NCBI GenBank assembly: GCA_050736555.1
Contig: JBOHWM010000040.1
Span: 1 to 24,382, forward strand
From: Candidatus Binataceae bacterium
GTDB lineage: Bacteria > Desulfobacterota > Binatia > Binatales > Binataceae
Reading direction: 5' to 3'
DNA length: 24,382 nt
In this document: one piece after another, positions 8,213-17,809 of the stretch
How the letters are laid out: the number at the start of each line of letters is the position of its first letter
Position numbering within the stretch: the first letter of the stretch is position 1
Made by a program: the position numbers and the translations under genes
Notes under the pieces: generated by a model
Databases searched by the model: none
Told to the model about the DNA's origin: nothing
The model's input: only the letters and a program-made list of their open reading frames with translations

Positions 8213-9442
8213 ATGGAAACGCTGCTAATCCATAATTGCACGTTGATCGATTGCACTGGGCGTGATCCGGTTACACGCGCATGGGTACTGCTGGACGGAG
8301 GTAAGATCGCGCGCGTCGGCAGTGGGGCGGCGCCGCGTATGCCTGATGCGGTGGAAATCGACGCGGCGGGTCGTACCTTGATGCCCGGTCTGATCGACGC
8401 CCACGCCCATCTGAGCATTGTTGGCGACCATTCCGATCCGCGCCGGATACCGGCGCCAGTCTATGCGCTTCAAGTCGCGCGCGAGATCGAGCAAACACTG
8501 ACGGACGGTTTCACCACGGTGCGCGACGCGGGAGGTCTGGACTGGGGCTACAAAGAGGCAGTCCGGCGCGGACTCGTCCGTGGTCCGCGGCTGTTCGTCA
8601 GCAATGGTCCGCTCTCGCAAACTGGAGGTCATGGCGACCAGCGTCCGCGTACGCAGCTAAATCCCGATCAGCAAGTGCCGGGTGTATGGTGGATCGGGCT
8701 GGTGGTTGACGGTCCCGATCAGTTGCGCTGGGCCGCGCGCGAGATGATGCGCCGCGGCGCCGACCAGGTGAAGGTGATGGCCAATGGTGGCTGCATGTCG
8801 CCCACCGACGAATTGCGCTCGACGCAATACACTGTGGCCGAGTTGCGCGCGGCGGTCGAAGAGGCGGCGGCGCAGGGTAAATACGTGATGGCGCACACTT
8901 ATACCGCGGCCAGCATGATGAACTGTCTTGACGCGGGAGTGCGCACCCTCGAGCATGGCAATTTCCTCGACGCCGCGGTGGCCGAGCGGATGGCGCGTAC
9001 CGGCGCCTTCCTTGTCCCAACAATCACGACCTACGAAATGCTGGCCGCCGAGGGGCGCGAGCTCCATTATGCCAGCACGATGATCGACAAGATCGACGAC
9101 GCGCTCAGGGGCGCTTACCAGGCGCTCAAAATTGCATACGAAGCAGGTATTAAAATCGGCTCCGGCTCGGATGTGCTCGGGTTCCATCAGCGCAAAAAAT
9201 CGATGGAGCCGCGTTTCAAATCGACCGTGATGAAGCCGATGGATTGCCTGCTTGCGACCACGCGCACTAACGCGGCGATCGTCGGGGCGGAAGACCAGAT
9301 TGGCACCGTCGAGCAAGGCAAACTCGCCGACTTACTGTTGATCGACGGCAATCCGCTGGACGATCTCGCCATACTGAGCGACCGCGAGCGCATTCACCTG
9401 GTGATTCTAGGCGGGGAAATCGTGACCGACCGTCGTCCCTGA
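8213..9442 (+). CDS. Metal-dependent amidohydrolase (Xaa-Pro dipeptidase-like subgroup)
   Basis: PGLIDAHAH, GFTTVRDAGG, SQTGGHGD, QVKVMA.GG, MAH, EHG, GSD, G.VEQGKLADL; ATG 8213 after GAGG. Confidence 0.96.
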   Translation: METLLIHNCTLIDCTGRDPVTRAWVLLDGGKIARVGSGAAPRMPDAVEIDAAGRTLMPGLIDAHAHLSIVGDHSDPRRIPAPVYALQVAREIEQTLTDGFTTVRDAGGLDWGYKEAVRRGLVRGPRLFVSNGPLSQTGGHGDQRPRTQLNPDQQVPGVWWIGLVVDGPDQLRWAAREMMRRGADQVKVMANGGCMSPTDELRSTQYTVAELRAAVEEAAAQGKYVMAHTYTAASMMNCLDAGVRTLEHGNFLDAAVAERMARTGAFLVPTITTYEMLAAEGRELHYASTMIDKIDDALRGAYQALKIAYEAGIKIGSGSDVLGFHQRKKSMEPRFKSTVMKPMDCLLATTRTNAAIVGAEDQIGTVEQGKLADLLLIDGNPLDDLAILSDRERIHLVILGGEIVTDRRP

Positions 9443-9480
9443 CGGCATTCCACGCCGACGGCGGCATTCCATGCCGACGG
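9443..9480. repeat. 19-nt tandem duplication of a mini-hairpin
   Basis: CGGCATTCCACGCCGACGG then CGGCATTCCATGCCGACGG directly after the stop codon. Confidence 0.8.
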
Positions 9481-9718
9481 TTGGAAGAGCGCTCGCGTTG
9501 CTCGAAATCTGTTGCACGCACGACCTCCGCCTAGAAATACTGCGGGCGTTTGCATGGAGTGCCGCGGACGAGACTGTCCGCGGCACCGTGGTGCAGCTAC
9601 CTCTACCTCATTATTTGCATCAGTCCTGACGGGCTGCCGTATTTGACGCCGTTCAGGTACTCTTTTGGCGCCTGCGTATCGAGCCCCACGACGGCTTCGG
9701 AAAACCCGACGGCGCGAT

Positions 9719-9789
9719 GCGAGTCTGCGAGCCGTCAGCCAAATCAAGACTCGCCTGCTCGCTTCGCCCGCGGCTGCGCTGGTGTGCGC
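9719..9789. repeat. Inverted pair of partial family B repeats
   Basis: GCGAGTCTGCGAGC on plus; GCGCACACCAGCGCAGCCGCGGGCGAAGCGAGCAGGCGAGTCT on minus. Confidence 0.7.
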
Positions 9790-9832
9790 TTCGGATGACA
9801 GACAAAGACCTCGTCAGGGGCGGACGCGCGCG

Positions 9833-10627
9833 TCAGACGCGGCAGAGCAGACCGCCGTCAACCGCGATCGACTCACCGGTGACGAATCCAGCCGCGGGCG
9901 AGACCAGGTAGAGCAGGGCACCCGCGATCTCCTCCGGCTTGACCAGCCGCCGATAGGGCAAATACTTGAGCAGCGCCTCACCAAACTTCCCGGTCACCGG
10001 ACTACCCTCTTGCTGCATCCATCCCACCTCGACCATGTTGACGCGCACGCCTCGCCTGGCCCATTCGAGCGCCAACGCGCGAATCAAATTGCGTACCGCG
10101 CCTTTCGCCGCGCAATAGAGCGTCGCGTTGGGGACGCCGCGCTCGGCCAGTACCGAATTGATATTGACAATAACGCCGCCGCCGCGCTGCAACATCACGC
10201 GCCCGATCTCCTGGCAGGCCATCCAGACCGCCTTGAAATTATCGTCCATGACGCGATCGTAGGCGGAATCGTCGGTCGCCTCGAACGGCGCATAGAAGGG
10301 CATATCGAACGCGGTAATTAGAATATCGAGGCCACCCAGCTCCTTCACCGCGAGATCGGCGGTGGCGCTGAGGTCGGCGCGAATCGCGGCGCGTTGGACC
10401 TGAATAACCGGTTTCGCGCCAATTGCTTCGAGTGTTTTGGCGGTATTCCTAAGCTGGGCTTCGGTGTCGGCCTCCTGCGAGGCGAGTAAGACCTTGGCGC
10501 CCGCCTCGGCGAGCGTCAATGCGGCCACGGCACCGACCGGATGCTCGGCGCCAATCACCAGGGCGCCCAGTCCGGTCAGCGAAAAATCCTGTAATCCCTG
10601 GGGCAGGCTCTTGTTTTGGTCTGGCAT
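9833..10627 (-). CDS. SDR oxidoreductase with atypical cofactor-binding motifs
   Basis: INS, YCAAKG, VRVN, FVTGESIAVDGG present; VIGAEHPVG replaces TGxxxGxG and ITAFD replaces NNAG. Confidence 0.93.
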   Translation of the reverse strand: MPDQNKSLPQGLQDFSLTGLGALVIGAEHPVGAVAALTLAEAGAKVLLASQEADTEAQLRNTAKTLEAIGAKPVIQVQRAAIRADLSATADLAVKELGGLDILITAFDMPFYAPFEATDDSAYDRVMDDNFKAVWMACQEIGRVMLQRGGGVIVNINSVLAERGVPNATLYCAAKGAVRNLIRALALEWARRGVRVNMVEVGWMQQEGSPVTGKFGEALLKYLPYRRLVKPEEIAGALLYLVSPAAGFVTGESIAVDGGLLCRV

Positions 10628-10645
10628 ATGATCCTCAGCACTAAC

Positions 10646-10690
10646 TCAGATGCGCACGCCGCGGACGGCTTCGTCGGCTCCGCTGATAGC
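10646..10690 (-). repeat. Degenerate family B repeat
   Basis: Minus strand GCTATCAGCGGAGCCGA..GTCCGCGGCGTGCGCATCTGA resembles copy at 12388-12447. Confidence 0.55.
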
Positions 10691-10713
10691 GACGGCCGTA
10701 CTCGCCGCGGTGG

Positions 10714-11508
10714 TTACGATGACTGTCCGGGTGCGACACCGGTCGGCGTGATTCCGCCGGCCAATCCGCCGCCGTCGATCGCGATCAATTCACCGTTGAT
10801 GTGGTTGGAGGCGTCGGAGGCGAGAAAAACCGCGAGCGGACCAATGTCCTGGTCCTCGCCGACACGTCCGAGTGGAATAAATTTGCCGCCTTTGAAAAAC
10901 CGCATCAGCATTTCGTTGTGCGGAAAAATACCCGGCACAATGCAGTTGGTCTGGATATTGACTTCGGCATATGTGAGCGCGAGCGAGCGGGTCAGTTGCA
11001 GCACCGCGCCCTTTGAGCACGCGTACATGTAATTGTGCTTGCCGCCGCGCAGGCCGTAGCCGGAAGCGATATTGATAATCTTGCCGCGCTTGCGCCCGGC
11101 CATGTGCGGAATCACCGCGCGCGCACAATAGAACTGGCTGCTCAGGTTGGTATCGATGCCGTTGCGCCATTCCTCATCGGTAATCTGTTCAATCGGTTTG
11201 CCCAGCGCGTTGTCGCCGATACCGGCGTTGTTGATGAGCACGTCAATCTGGCCGTATTCCTTGATTGCCGCCGCCACCATCGCATTTATCTGATCGGAGT
11301 GGGCCACATCCGTCTGTACGACGAGGCATTTGCGCCCGAGTGCCCGCACTTGTTCGGCGGTTTCCTCAAGCTGGCCCATGGTACGCGCGGCCGCCACGAC
11401 GTCCGCGCCACACTGCGCGAAGCGCACCGCCATCGCGCGTCCCAGCCCGCGTCCGCCGCCGGTGATGATCGCTACCTTGCCGTCGAGTTTAAAGCTGTCG
11501 AGGATCAT
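10714..11508 (-). CDS. Classical SDR oxidoreductase
   Basis: TGGGRGLG, INNAG, NIAS, YACSK, IAIDGG. Confidence 0.97.
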   Translation of the reverse strand: MILDSFKLDGKVAIITGGGRGLGRAMAVRFAQCGADVVAAARTMGQLEETAEQVRALGRKCLVVQTDVAHSDQINAMVAAAIKEYGQIDVLINNAGIGDNALGKPIEQITDEEWRNGIDTNLSSQFYCARAVIPHMAGRKRGKIINIASGYGLRGGKHNYMYACSKGAVLQLTRSLALTYAEVNIQTNCIVPGIFPHNEMLMRFFKGGKFIPLGRVGEDQDIGPLAVFLASDASNHINGELIAIDGGGLAGGITPTGVAPGQSS

Positions 11509-11644
11509 GGTTATCCCTTAATGTGCCGCCGCCAGTTGAGCAAGCATTTGGTAGGTCGGAATGCCGGCCGCGTCCCCAGGGAAGGCCGTTACAGCAGGCG
11601 GCACGCCGCCTTTTGACCAGGCGTCGGACGCCGGCTTATTATTG

Positions 11645-11681
11645 ACACTAGCCTCGCGGAGTCCGCGAGGTGCCTTAAGAA
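11645..11681 (+). repeat. Truncated family B copy forming a perfect palindrome
   Basis: ACACTAG-CCTCGCGGA-G-TCCGCGAGG-TGCCTTAAGAA. Confidence 0.55.
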
Positions 11682-11696
11682 AGGACTAAAGCAGCC

Positions 11697-12320
11697 ATGT
11701 CATTCAAGATCACGATGTTTTCCGACTTCATATGTCCATTTTGTTACATCGGCTTCGAAGTCATCAACAAGCTTAAGCCGGAATTCGGCTTCGAGTTGGA
11801 ATGGCGCGGCTTTCAGATTCATCCCGAATGGCCCGCCGAGGGCATGCCGGCGTCAGAATATCGGGCCGGGATGGACCCGCAGGCGCGCCGCGCGGTTTGG
11901 GAACGCATCCAGAATATGGCCGCCGACGCGGGCTTTTCGATGAAACCGCCTGACGTTCTGACCAATTCCCGCCTCGCACTCGAAGCGGCGGAATTTGCCA
12001 AAGAGACAGGCAAGGCGGAGGCTTTCGAGGAGCGCATCTATCGCGCCTATTTCCATGAAGGGCTGAATATCGGCCAACCGTCGGTGTTGGGAGATTTGGC
12101 GGCCGATGCCGGGATTGCGCGCGACGACCTCAGCGCAGCGCTGGAATCGAACCGCTACTCATTGCGGCTGAAGAATAATGCGCTGATGGCCAATCAGCGC
12201 GGGGTGAGCGGCGTGCCGACGTTTTTCATCGGCGAATTTTCCATCGCGGGCGCCCAGAGCGTAGAGGTGATGCGTCAGTTGCTCCAACGCGCCGGCACGC
12301 GGCTCGCCGCCCTGAGCTGA
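11697..12320 (+). CDS. DsbA/FrnE-like thioredoxin-fold oxidoreductase
   Basis: FSDFICPFCYIG (CxxC), GVSGVPTF, GAQ. Confidence 0.95.
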   Translation: MSFKITMFSDFICPFCYIGFEVINKLKPEFGFELEWRGFQIHPEWPAEGMPASEYRAGMDPQARRAVWERIQNMAADAGFSMKPPDVLTNSRLALEAAEFAKETGKAEAFEERIYRAYFHEGLNIGQPSVLGDLAADAGIARDDLSAALESNRYSLRLKNNALMANQRGVSGVPTFFIGEFSIAGAQSVEVMRQLLQRAGTRLAALS

Positions 12321-12369
12321 ACTTCACGTGACCGGATGTGCAACCAGCGAACCTCCGCACACGCCCATT

Positions 12370-12517
12370 TGTCATTCTGAACGAAGTCTGCCATCAGCGG
12401 AGCCGAAGGCGGAGCGAGCAAGCGAGTCCGTGAGCTGCGTATTGAATAAGTGAAGAATCCTGTAAGAACCTCGTAAAGAAATAGAAATCGGGATTCTTCG
12501 CTGTGCTCGGAATGACA
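12370..12517. repeat. Inverted pair of family A repeats, left copy interrupted by a 60-nt family B insert (12388-12447)
   Basis: TGTCATTCTGAACG-AAGT-[insert]-AAGT-GAAGAATCC; right copy 12490-12517 intact. Confidence 0.85.
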
Positions 12518-12569
12518 GACCCATACGACTTTTACGGTGTGCGTGAAAGATTCTTGATTGCCGCAGCTG

Positions 12570-12788
12570 ATGGATATGCGACTGGATTTGCGCGGAATTA
12601 AATGCCCGCTTAACTGGGCACATGCCAAGGTGCGCCTGGAAAAAATGCGCCGCGGTGAGATCCTGGAATTGATTCTCGACGATCCACGCGGCGCCCGGGA
12701 TATACCGCAAGCCGCCGAAGCGGAGGGCTATGTGGTCGCTGATATACAGCCGATCGATGGCGAATGGCGGCTTAGAATCGAACGTTGA
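12570..12788 (+). CDS. TusA/SirA family sulfur carrier protein
   Basis: LDLRGIKCPL, GEILELILDD, DIP; ~72 aa; exact start uncertain (12558/12570/12576). Confidence 0.92.
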   Translation: MDMRLDLRGIKCPLNWAHAKVRLEKMRRGEILELILDDPRGARDIPQAAEAEGYVVADIQPIDGEWRLRIER

Positions 12789-12842
12789 TATAACTGTTTC
12801 TTTCGCGATTCAGATCAATAAACCTCATCATGGGAATGGCAA

Positions 12843-13286
12843 GTGCTTAATTCAGAACAGAAGCAAAAGCTTGCGGCGCTGTTTGCGCTGGAGCATGTCG
12901 CGGTCCTGATCACGCAAGGCGAGCAATGGCCGACCGGCACGATGCAGGCCTTTGCTGAAACCGACGACCTCGATTTGCTCTTCATCATGGTCGAGACGGC
13001 TGAGAAGTTCCAGAACATGCTCAAGCGGCCGCATGCGACGGTGCTGGTGGATACGCGCGACGTCGGCAACGTGCCGACTTTCGAGGTAGCGCGCGCTTCG
13101 ATCCAGGGTGTCGCGCGGGAAGTCGCGCGCGGCGCCGAATGGGAGCGCTTGAAAGCCATTTTTCTCAAAAAGAATCCGTTTGAGGAGCCCTTCTTTCGCC
13201 GTGACACCTTGCGCATGATGCGAATCACACCCACCCGGATTTCCTACGCCAACGGCTTGCGCGACTCCTTCAAGGCCGAGATGTAA
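12843..13286 (+). CDS. Pyridoxamine 5'-phosphate oxidase-like (split-barrel flavin-binding) protein
   Basis: VAVLIT..P, K.QNM.KRP.ATVLVD, SIQG.A, RITPTRI pattern. Confidence 0.8.
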   Translation: MLNSEQKQKLAALFALEHVAVLITQGEQWPTGTMQAFAETDDLDLLFIMVETAEKFQNMLKRPHATVLVDTRDVGNVPTFEVARASIQGVAREVARGAEWERLKAIFLKKNPFEEPFFRRDTLRMMRITPTRISYANGLRDSFKAEM

Positions 13287-13295
13287 TCTGACGAT

Positions 13296-13344
13296 GCACT
13301 GTTGTGCGAAGCGAGCAAACGAGTGTGCGAGGTGCGTTAAAATT
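13296..13344 (+). repeat. Family B repeat copy
   Basis: GCACTGTTGTGCGAAGCGAGCAAACGAGTGTGCGAGGTGCGTTAAAATT. Confidence 0.7.
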
Positions 13345-13404
13345 CCTGATCACTGCGCGCGCGTAAAAAAGCCCGCGGAGAGTGAAGTCCGGAGGTGAAA
13401 TGCG

Positions 13405-14541
13405 ATGCCGCCGTCCGCGCCACATAATCCCCCGTTTCGCGCCGATCACGTTGGCAGCCTGCTACGTCCGCCCGAATTGCTGAAAGCACGCCAGCAGTTT
13501 CAGGCGGGAACCCTATCGGCCGGTGAATTACGAGCGCGGGAAGACGAGGCGATTCGCGGCGCGGTGCGCTTCCAGGAGGGGGTTGGCCTGCAATCGATCA
13601 CTGACGGTGAATACCGTCGCGAAGTTTTTTACGGCGATTTCTATTGTCGCGGACTGGGCGGAGTAACCATCGCCTACGACGAGCAAGCGTCAATGGAAGA
13701 GGTCTTCTTCGTCGATCGCCAGGGACATAAGCTGCCGACGCCGCGGCCGCGCGTGACCGCCCGCATGAAGTGGCACGCGCCCATCCATGTCGAGGAATTC
13801 AAGTTCCTCAAGTCACTGACTTCGCGCACCGTGAAACTCACCATTCCGTCGCCGACGATTATTCATTTGCGCGCGGGCCGCGAGCGTATCAGCACCGAAG
13901 TTTATCCCGACCTGGAGATGTTCTGGGACGACATCGTCGAAGGCTATCGCAAGGAGTTGGCGGCGTTGGCCGATACCGGTTGCACTTACGTTCAGATCGA
14001 CGAAACCACTCTCGCTTCACTCGGCGACCAGCGGCTCTGGGGGCCACTGGGTAAACGCGGCGACGATGGCCGCAAGCTGTTGCTGGAGACCTATCCGCAA
14101 ATGATGAACCGGGCGTTCGCGCAGCGCCCTGCCTCAATTCACCTCGCGATGCATATTTGCCGCGGCAACAATCAAAGCCATTGGACGGCCGAAGGCGGCT
14201 ATGATTTGGTCGCCGATACCCTGTTCAATAAAATCAACGTCGATTCTTATTTCCTCGAATATGATACGCCACGAGCGGGCGGCTTCGCCCCGCTCAGATA
14301 CGTCCCGAAAAACAAAAGCGTGGTGCTCGGACTGATATCGACCAAGTTTCCCGAGCCCGAATCCAAAGATGAACTCAAGCGCCGGATCGGCGAGGCCTCC
14401 CGCTATATTGAACTGGACCAGCTTTGCTTGAGCCCGCAATGCGGTTTCGCCAGCAGCGCCCCGGGAAATAAAATTAGCGTCGATCAACAAGGCGCGAAAC
14501 TGAACCTGGTGGTCGAGGTCGCGCACGAAATCTGGGGTTGA
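13405..14541 (+). CDS. Cobalamin-independent methionine synthase II family (single-barrel MetE-like) protein
   Basis: RADHVGSLLRP, ITDGEYRR, VQIDE, Zn ligands HICRGN / FLEYD / SPQCGF; GGAGG RBS. Confidence 0.96.
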   Translation: MPPSAPHNPPFRADHVGSLLRPPELLKARQQFQAGTLSAGELRAREDEAIRGAVRFQEGVGLQSITDGEYRREVFYGDFYCRGLGGVTIAYDEQASMEEVFFVDRQGHKLPTPRPRVTARMKWHAPIHVEEFKFLKSLTSRTVKLTIPSPTIIHLRAGRERISTEVYPDLEMFWDDIVEGYRKELAALADTGCTYVQIDETTLASLGDQRLWGPLGKRGDDGRKLLLETYPQMMNRAFAQRPASIHLAMHICRGNNQSHWTAEGGYDLVADTLFNKINVDSYFLEYDTPRAGGFAPLRYVPKNKSVVLGLISTKFPEPESKDELKRRIGEASRYIELDQLCLSPQCGFASSAPGNKISVDQQGAKLNLVVEVAHEIWG

Positions 14542-14642
14542 AGCCAATCGCCACTGTTGCGGGGATGGATAAGCGGCAGACCGTTGAACATAAATCCAAC
14601 GGCCTGCCGGTGGAATGCCGGAACCGCCTTGTGCGGGGCAGG

Positions 14643-15455
14643 CTATGCTGTGACTAGCCGTTCCAGTTCTTCATGCACCAGACCGTTTGAAGCCACCAGC
14701 CCTTTCAATTTGACCGAGCGCTTGTTGAAAGCCATCGGACGCCGCTCGATATCCGTGATGCGGCCGCCAGCCGCCTCGATCAATGCCGCACCCGACGCGA
14801 TATCCCATTCGCTCTTGGGCGAACGAGTGAAGGTCGCGTCAGCGGCACCCGCGGCCACCAGCGCGAGCTTATAGGCCACGCTGCCCACTGCCTTGACTTC
14901 GACCATGCCCTCATAAGCGCGCCATTCGCCACGCGAGGTTTCGCTGCGGCTCGCCAGCACCACGGCATGTTTGAGCATGCGCGTGCGAGTGACGCGAACT
15001 TCACGTTCGCCGAGAAAACATCCTGAGCCGCGCGCACCCCACACCAACTCACGTTTGATCGGGTTGTAAGTCACGCCAAGCACCGCCTCGCCGCGCTCGC
15101 TCAACGCGATCGCCACGGCGAATTCCGGCACACCCTTGATAAATTCCTTGGTGCCGTCCAAAGGATCAACGATCCAGACACGCTCACGTGTGAGCCGTTC
15201 ACCGTTATCGGCGGTTTCCTCCGAGAGCCAGCCATAATCAGGAAAGCCCGCACACAGCATCTCACGCAAAGTGCGGTCGGCTTCGAGATCGGCGGTCGTA
15301 ACCGGATTGTCGCGGCCCTTGGAACCGATTTCGAAACCGCGTTCGCGGTAATAGCGTTCCAGCACCGCGCCGGCTGCAAGTGCGGCTTTGCGCGCGAGTG
15401 CCAATTGATTTGCATAGGCGCCATTTAGCGGGGCTTTTGTCGAACGTGTGCTCAT
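14643..15455 (-). CDS. cysQ: Inositol monophosphatase family, 3'(2'),5'-bisphosphate nucleotidase CysQ-like
   Basis: PVTTAD, LSEE, WIVDPLDGTKEF, ASRS, EWDIASG. Confidence 0.88.
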   Translation of the reverse strand: MSTRSTKAPLNGAYANQLALARKAALAAGAVLERYYRERGFEIGSKGRDNPVTTADLEADRTLREMLCAGFPDYGWLSEETADNGERLTRERVWIVDPLDGTKEFIKGVPEFAVAIALSERGEAVLGVTYNPIKRELVWGARGSGCFLGEREVRVTRTRMLKHAVVLASRSETSRGEWRAYEGMVEVKAVGSVAYKLALVAAGAADATFTRSPKSEWDIASGAALIEAAGGRITDIERRPMAFNKRSVKLKGLVASNGLVHEELERLVTA

Positions 15456-15487
15456 TGACTAACCGTCACGCGAGCCAAGGGCGTGCT

Positions 15488-16606
15488 TTAGCGCTTCGCT
15501 TCGCGCTTGCGCCTGGTCTTTTCATACGCCTTTCTCAACTCACTGTTCATGCGTGCGCGCTCGTCGTAAAGCCGCCGCGGTCTGCGCGGTTTACGTCGGG
15601 CCAACGCGTACGCCGTGATAATTGGCAGGGCGACTGTCGTATCAACATAGCATACGACGGAATCGGGCAGCCGATTAGGGTCGATTTTGCCCCAACTTAC
15701 CGCCTCTGACGGCGTTGCCCCCGACAAGCCGCCCGTATCCGGACGGGCGTCGGTTACTTGTAAAAAATAATCATGGCCCTTCTCCGCCACGCCCATGACT
15801 TCCTGGATTTGCGGCTCCGTCTGCAGCACGAAATTCTTGGGCGATCCTCCACCCAGGATGAACACCGCACTCTTCATCCCCGCACGCTTGGCCGCGTACA
15901 CGATCGCGGCGGTCTCGTTGACATCCGCCAGCGGATCGAGCCGCACGCCATGTCCTTCGAATTCCAACAAGGCGAGGTTCATCCCAATCGAGGAGTCACC
16001 CGGCGACGAGGTGTAAACGGGCAACGCGTGCGCATGCGCGGCGGCCAGCAGCGAGCGCCGCTTAAGCTTCAGCACGCGCTCTCTTTCAGCCACGTAACGG
16101 CCCGCGCGATAATGAAATTCAGCGCTGCTCATCGAATGCTGAAATTCCTCCTGGCTGGCGATTTGCCGGAAGAAAGCGTCGGTCGAGAGCAGCACTTCGT
16201 AATCAAAAAAGATGTCGTAGATACGCACGATGCCTTGCGTGCGTAGCTTTACATCGTCGACTTCGGCGCTGCCCTGGAACATGCGCAAGCCGAGTCCGAA
16301 ATGAGTATCGTGGTAAAGGTTGGCCCCGGTCGACACCATCCAATCGACAAAGCCATTTTCAATCAGCGGAATCAGGCATGACATCCCGAGCCCGGCCGGA
16401 GTCAGCGCGCCAGTCAGGCTCATCCCAACCACGGTGTCGTCGGCGAGCATCTTCTCGGCGAAAAGATGACAGGCCTGGCGCAAGCGGCGGCCGTTGTATG
16501 CCAGAAAGGCGTTATCGACCAAGTCCGCCACCGTGATTTCGCCGTTAATCGGCGCCGGGTCAATCGATGCGCCGGTAAGCGCCGGCCGCACTCTTTTTTT
16601 TGCCAT
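15488..16606 (-). CDS. speY: Deoxyhypusine synthase-like protein (homospermidine biosynthesis, SpeY-like)
   Basis: [56 protein letters not shown]. Confidence 0.93.
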   Translation of the reverse strand: MAKKRVRPALTGASIDPAPINGEITVADLVDNAFLAYNGRRLRQACHLFAEKMLADDTVVGMSLTGALTPAGLGMSCLIPLIENGFVDWMVSTGANLYHDTHFGLGLRMFQGSAEVDDVKLRTQGIVRIYDIFFDYEVLLSTDAFFRQIASQEEFQHSMSSAEFHYRAGRYVAERERVLKLKRRSLLAAAHAHALPVYTSSPGDSSIGMNLALLEFEGHGVRLDPLADVNETAAIVYAAKRAGMKSAVFILGGGSPKNFVLQTEPQIQEVMGVAEKGHDYFLQVTDARPDTGGLSGATPSEAVSWGKIDPNRLPDSVVCYVDTTVALPIITAYALARRKPRRPRRLYDERARMNSELRKAYEKTRRKREAKR

Positions 16607-16850
16607 TATGCTTCCAAACGGGCTTGAATCACTCGCATAGCGGCGACAGAGCATCGCACACTAAAAACGCATGAATCCTAGCGGCCTTGCGTCCGCGACG
16701 CCACCTTCACCAGCGCTGCGTTAAATGGCAACGAGTCCGCCGCGGTTCAGGATACGACTCCGCGCTGCCGGTATGACCTGATTTGCCACTGAGCGAGGAT
16801 GGACTTAAGATGGCGCCGGGGACCTATTACCACTAAACAGGGGACATACC

Positions 16851-17672
16851 ATGGCGATTATCGCGATGACGCAGCACTTGGGGACCCGTGCCGCCGATCT
16901 AGGCCGGCTTACCGCCGCGCGCTTGGGCTATCGTTTCTTGATGAGCCGCGAACTCATCGCGGAGACGTCACAAATTTACCACGTTACGCCTGAGCAACTG
17001 GTGGTGGTCGATGAGCGCAGGCCACATTTCTGGGAACGTCTCAAGACCGACAGCGAGCGCTTTCTGACTTTCTTCCGGGCGGTGGTGCTCAAGGAAATGG
17101 CCGGGAACGACTTGGTCGTAATCGGCCGCTCGGTCGCCCACCTACTCCCGGATTACGGCTGCGGACTCAGAGTACGGTTGACCGCCCCGCTCAAGGACCG
17201 TATCCAACAGGTTGCCCTTGAGGAAAAGCTGGCGCCTGCGGTGGCCGAGCGCCGCGTGCGCGATTACGATCGCGAGGTTCGCGCCCGGTTGCAGACCTTG
17301 CTCGGCGTGGACATTGACGACCCTGCCAATTTCGGTCTCGTGCTCAATACGTCGGCGATGTCGCTGGAAACTCTGGCCGCCGCATTGGCTGGCTGTGCCC
17401 AAGCAATTGATCGCCAGACCAGCCCCGAATGCTGGCGCCAGATGCGTGACGCGGCCTTGAGTGCGCAGGTGCGCGCCGCGCTGATGTTCCATCCGAAGAT
17501 CGGGCACGCGCCGCTGGAAGTGCAATGTGACGGCGGCTCAGTGCACGTCAACGGACCCGGGCTGGTACCGCCTTGGGACGATCTCGTAAATGACGTTGTC
17601 CGGCAGGTTGACGGCGTTAAGGCGGTTGAGATTGTGGCCGAGGAACAGCCCTCGCCGGTGCGCCCAAGCTGA
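16851..17672 (+). CDS. Cytidylate kinase-like family protein with C-terminal BON domain
   Basis: IIAM..LG.....G...AARLGY, VVIGR, VRLTAP..RI, D.E.., LVLNTS; tail DAALSAQVRAAL..V.C..G.VHVNG..V.GVKAV. Confidence 0.88.
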   Translation: MAIIAMTQHLGTRAADLGRLTAARLGYRFLMSRELIAETSQIYHVTPEQLVVVDERRPHFWERLKTDSERFLTFFRAVVLKEMAGNDLVVIGRSVAHLLPDYGCGLRVRLTAPLKDRIQQVALEEKLAPAVAERRVRDYDREVRARLQTLLGVDIDDPANFGLVLNTSAMSLETLAAALAGCAQAIDRQTSPECWRQMRDAALSAQVRAALMFHPKIGHAPLEVQCDGGSVHVNGPGLVPPWDDLVNDVVRQVDGVKAVEIVAEEQPSPVRPS

Positions 17673-17809
17673 TCCAATTATTCGGCGTTTCACAATTATC
17701 TGGACGACCTGCGACTTCGCGAAAGCGAAGCCGCAGCCACGGAGTTGCATTCAGGTGCAATCGTTGACGAGCTGCGCTTAGGATGGGGAAGTTGAGCTAG
17801 TGAAGCGGA

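Noticed and set aside
9600..9715. Possible gene fragment on minus strand (..GLDTQAPKEYLNGVKYGSPSGLMQIMR)
   Set aside because: Too short, no start or recognisable family.
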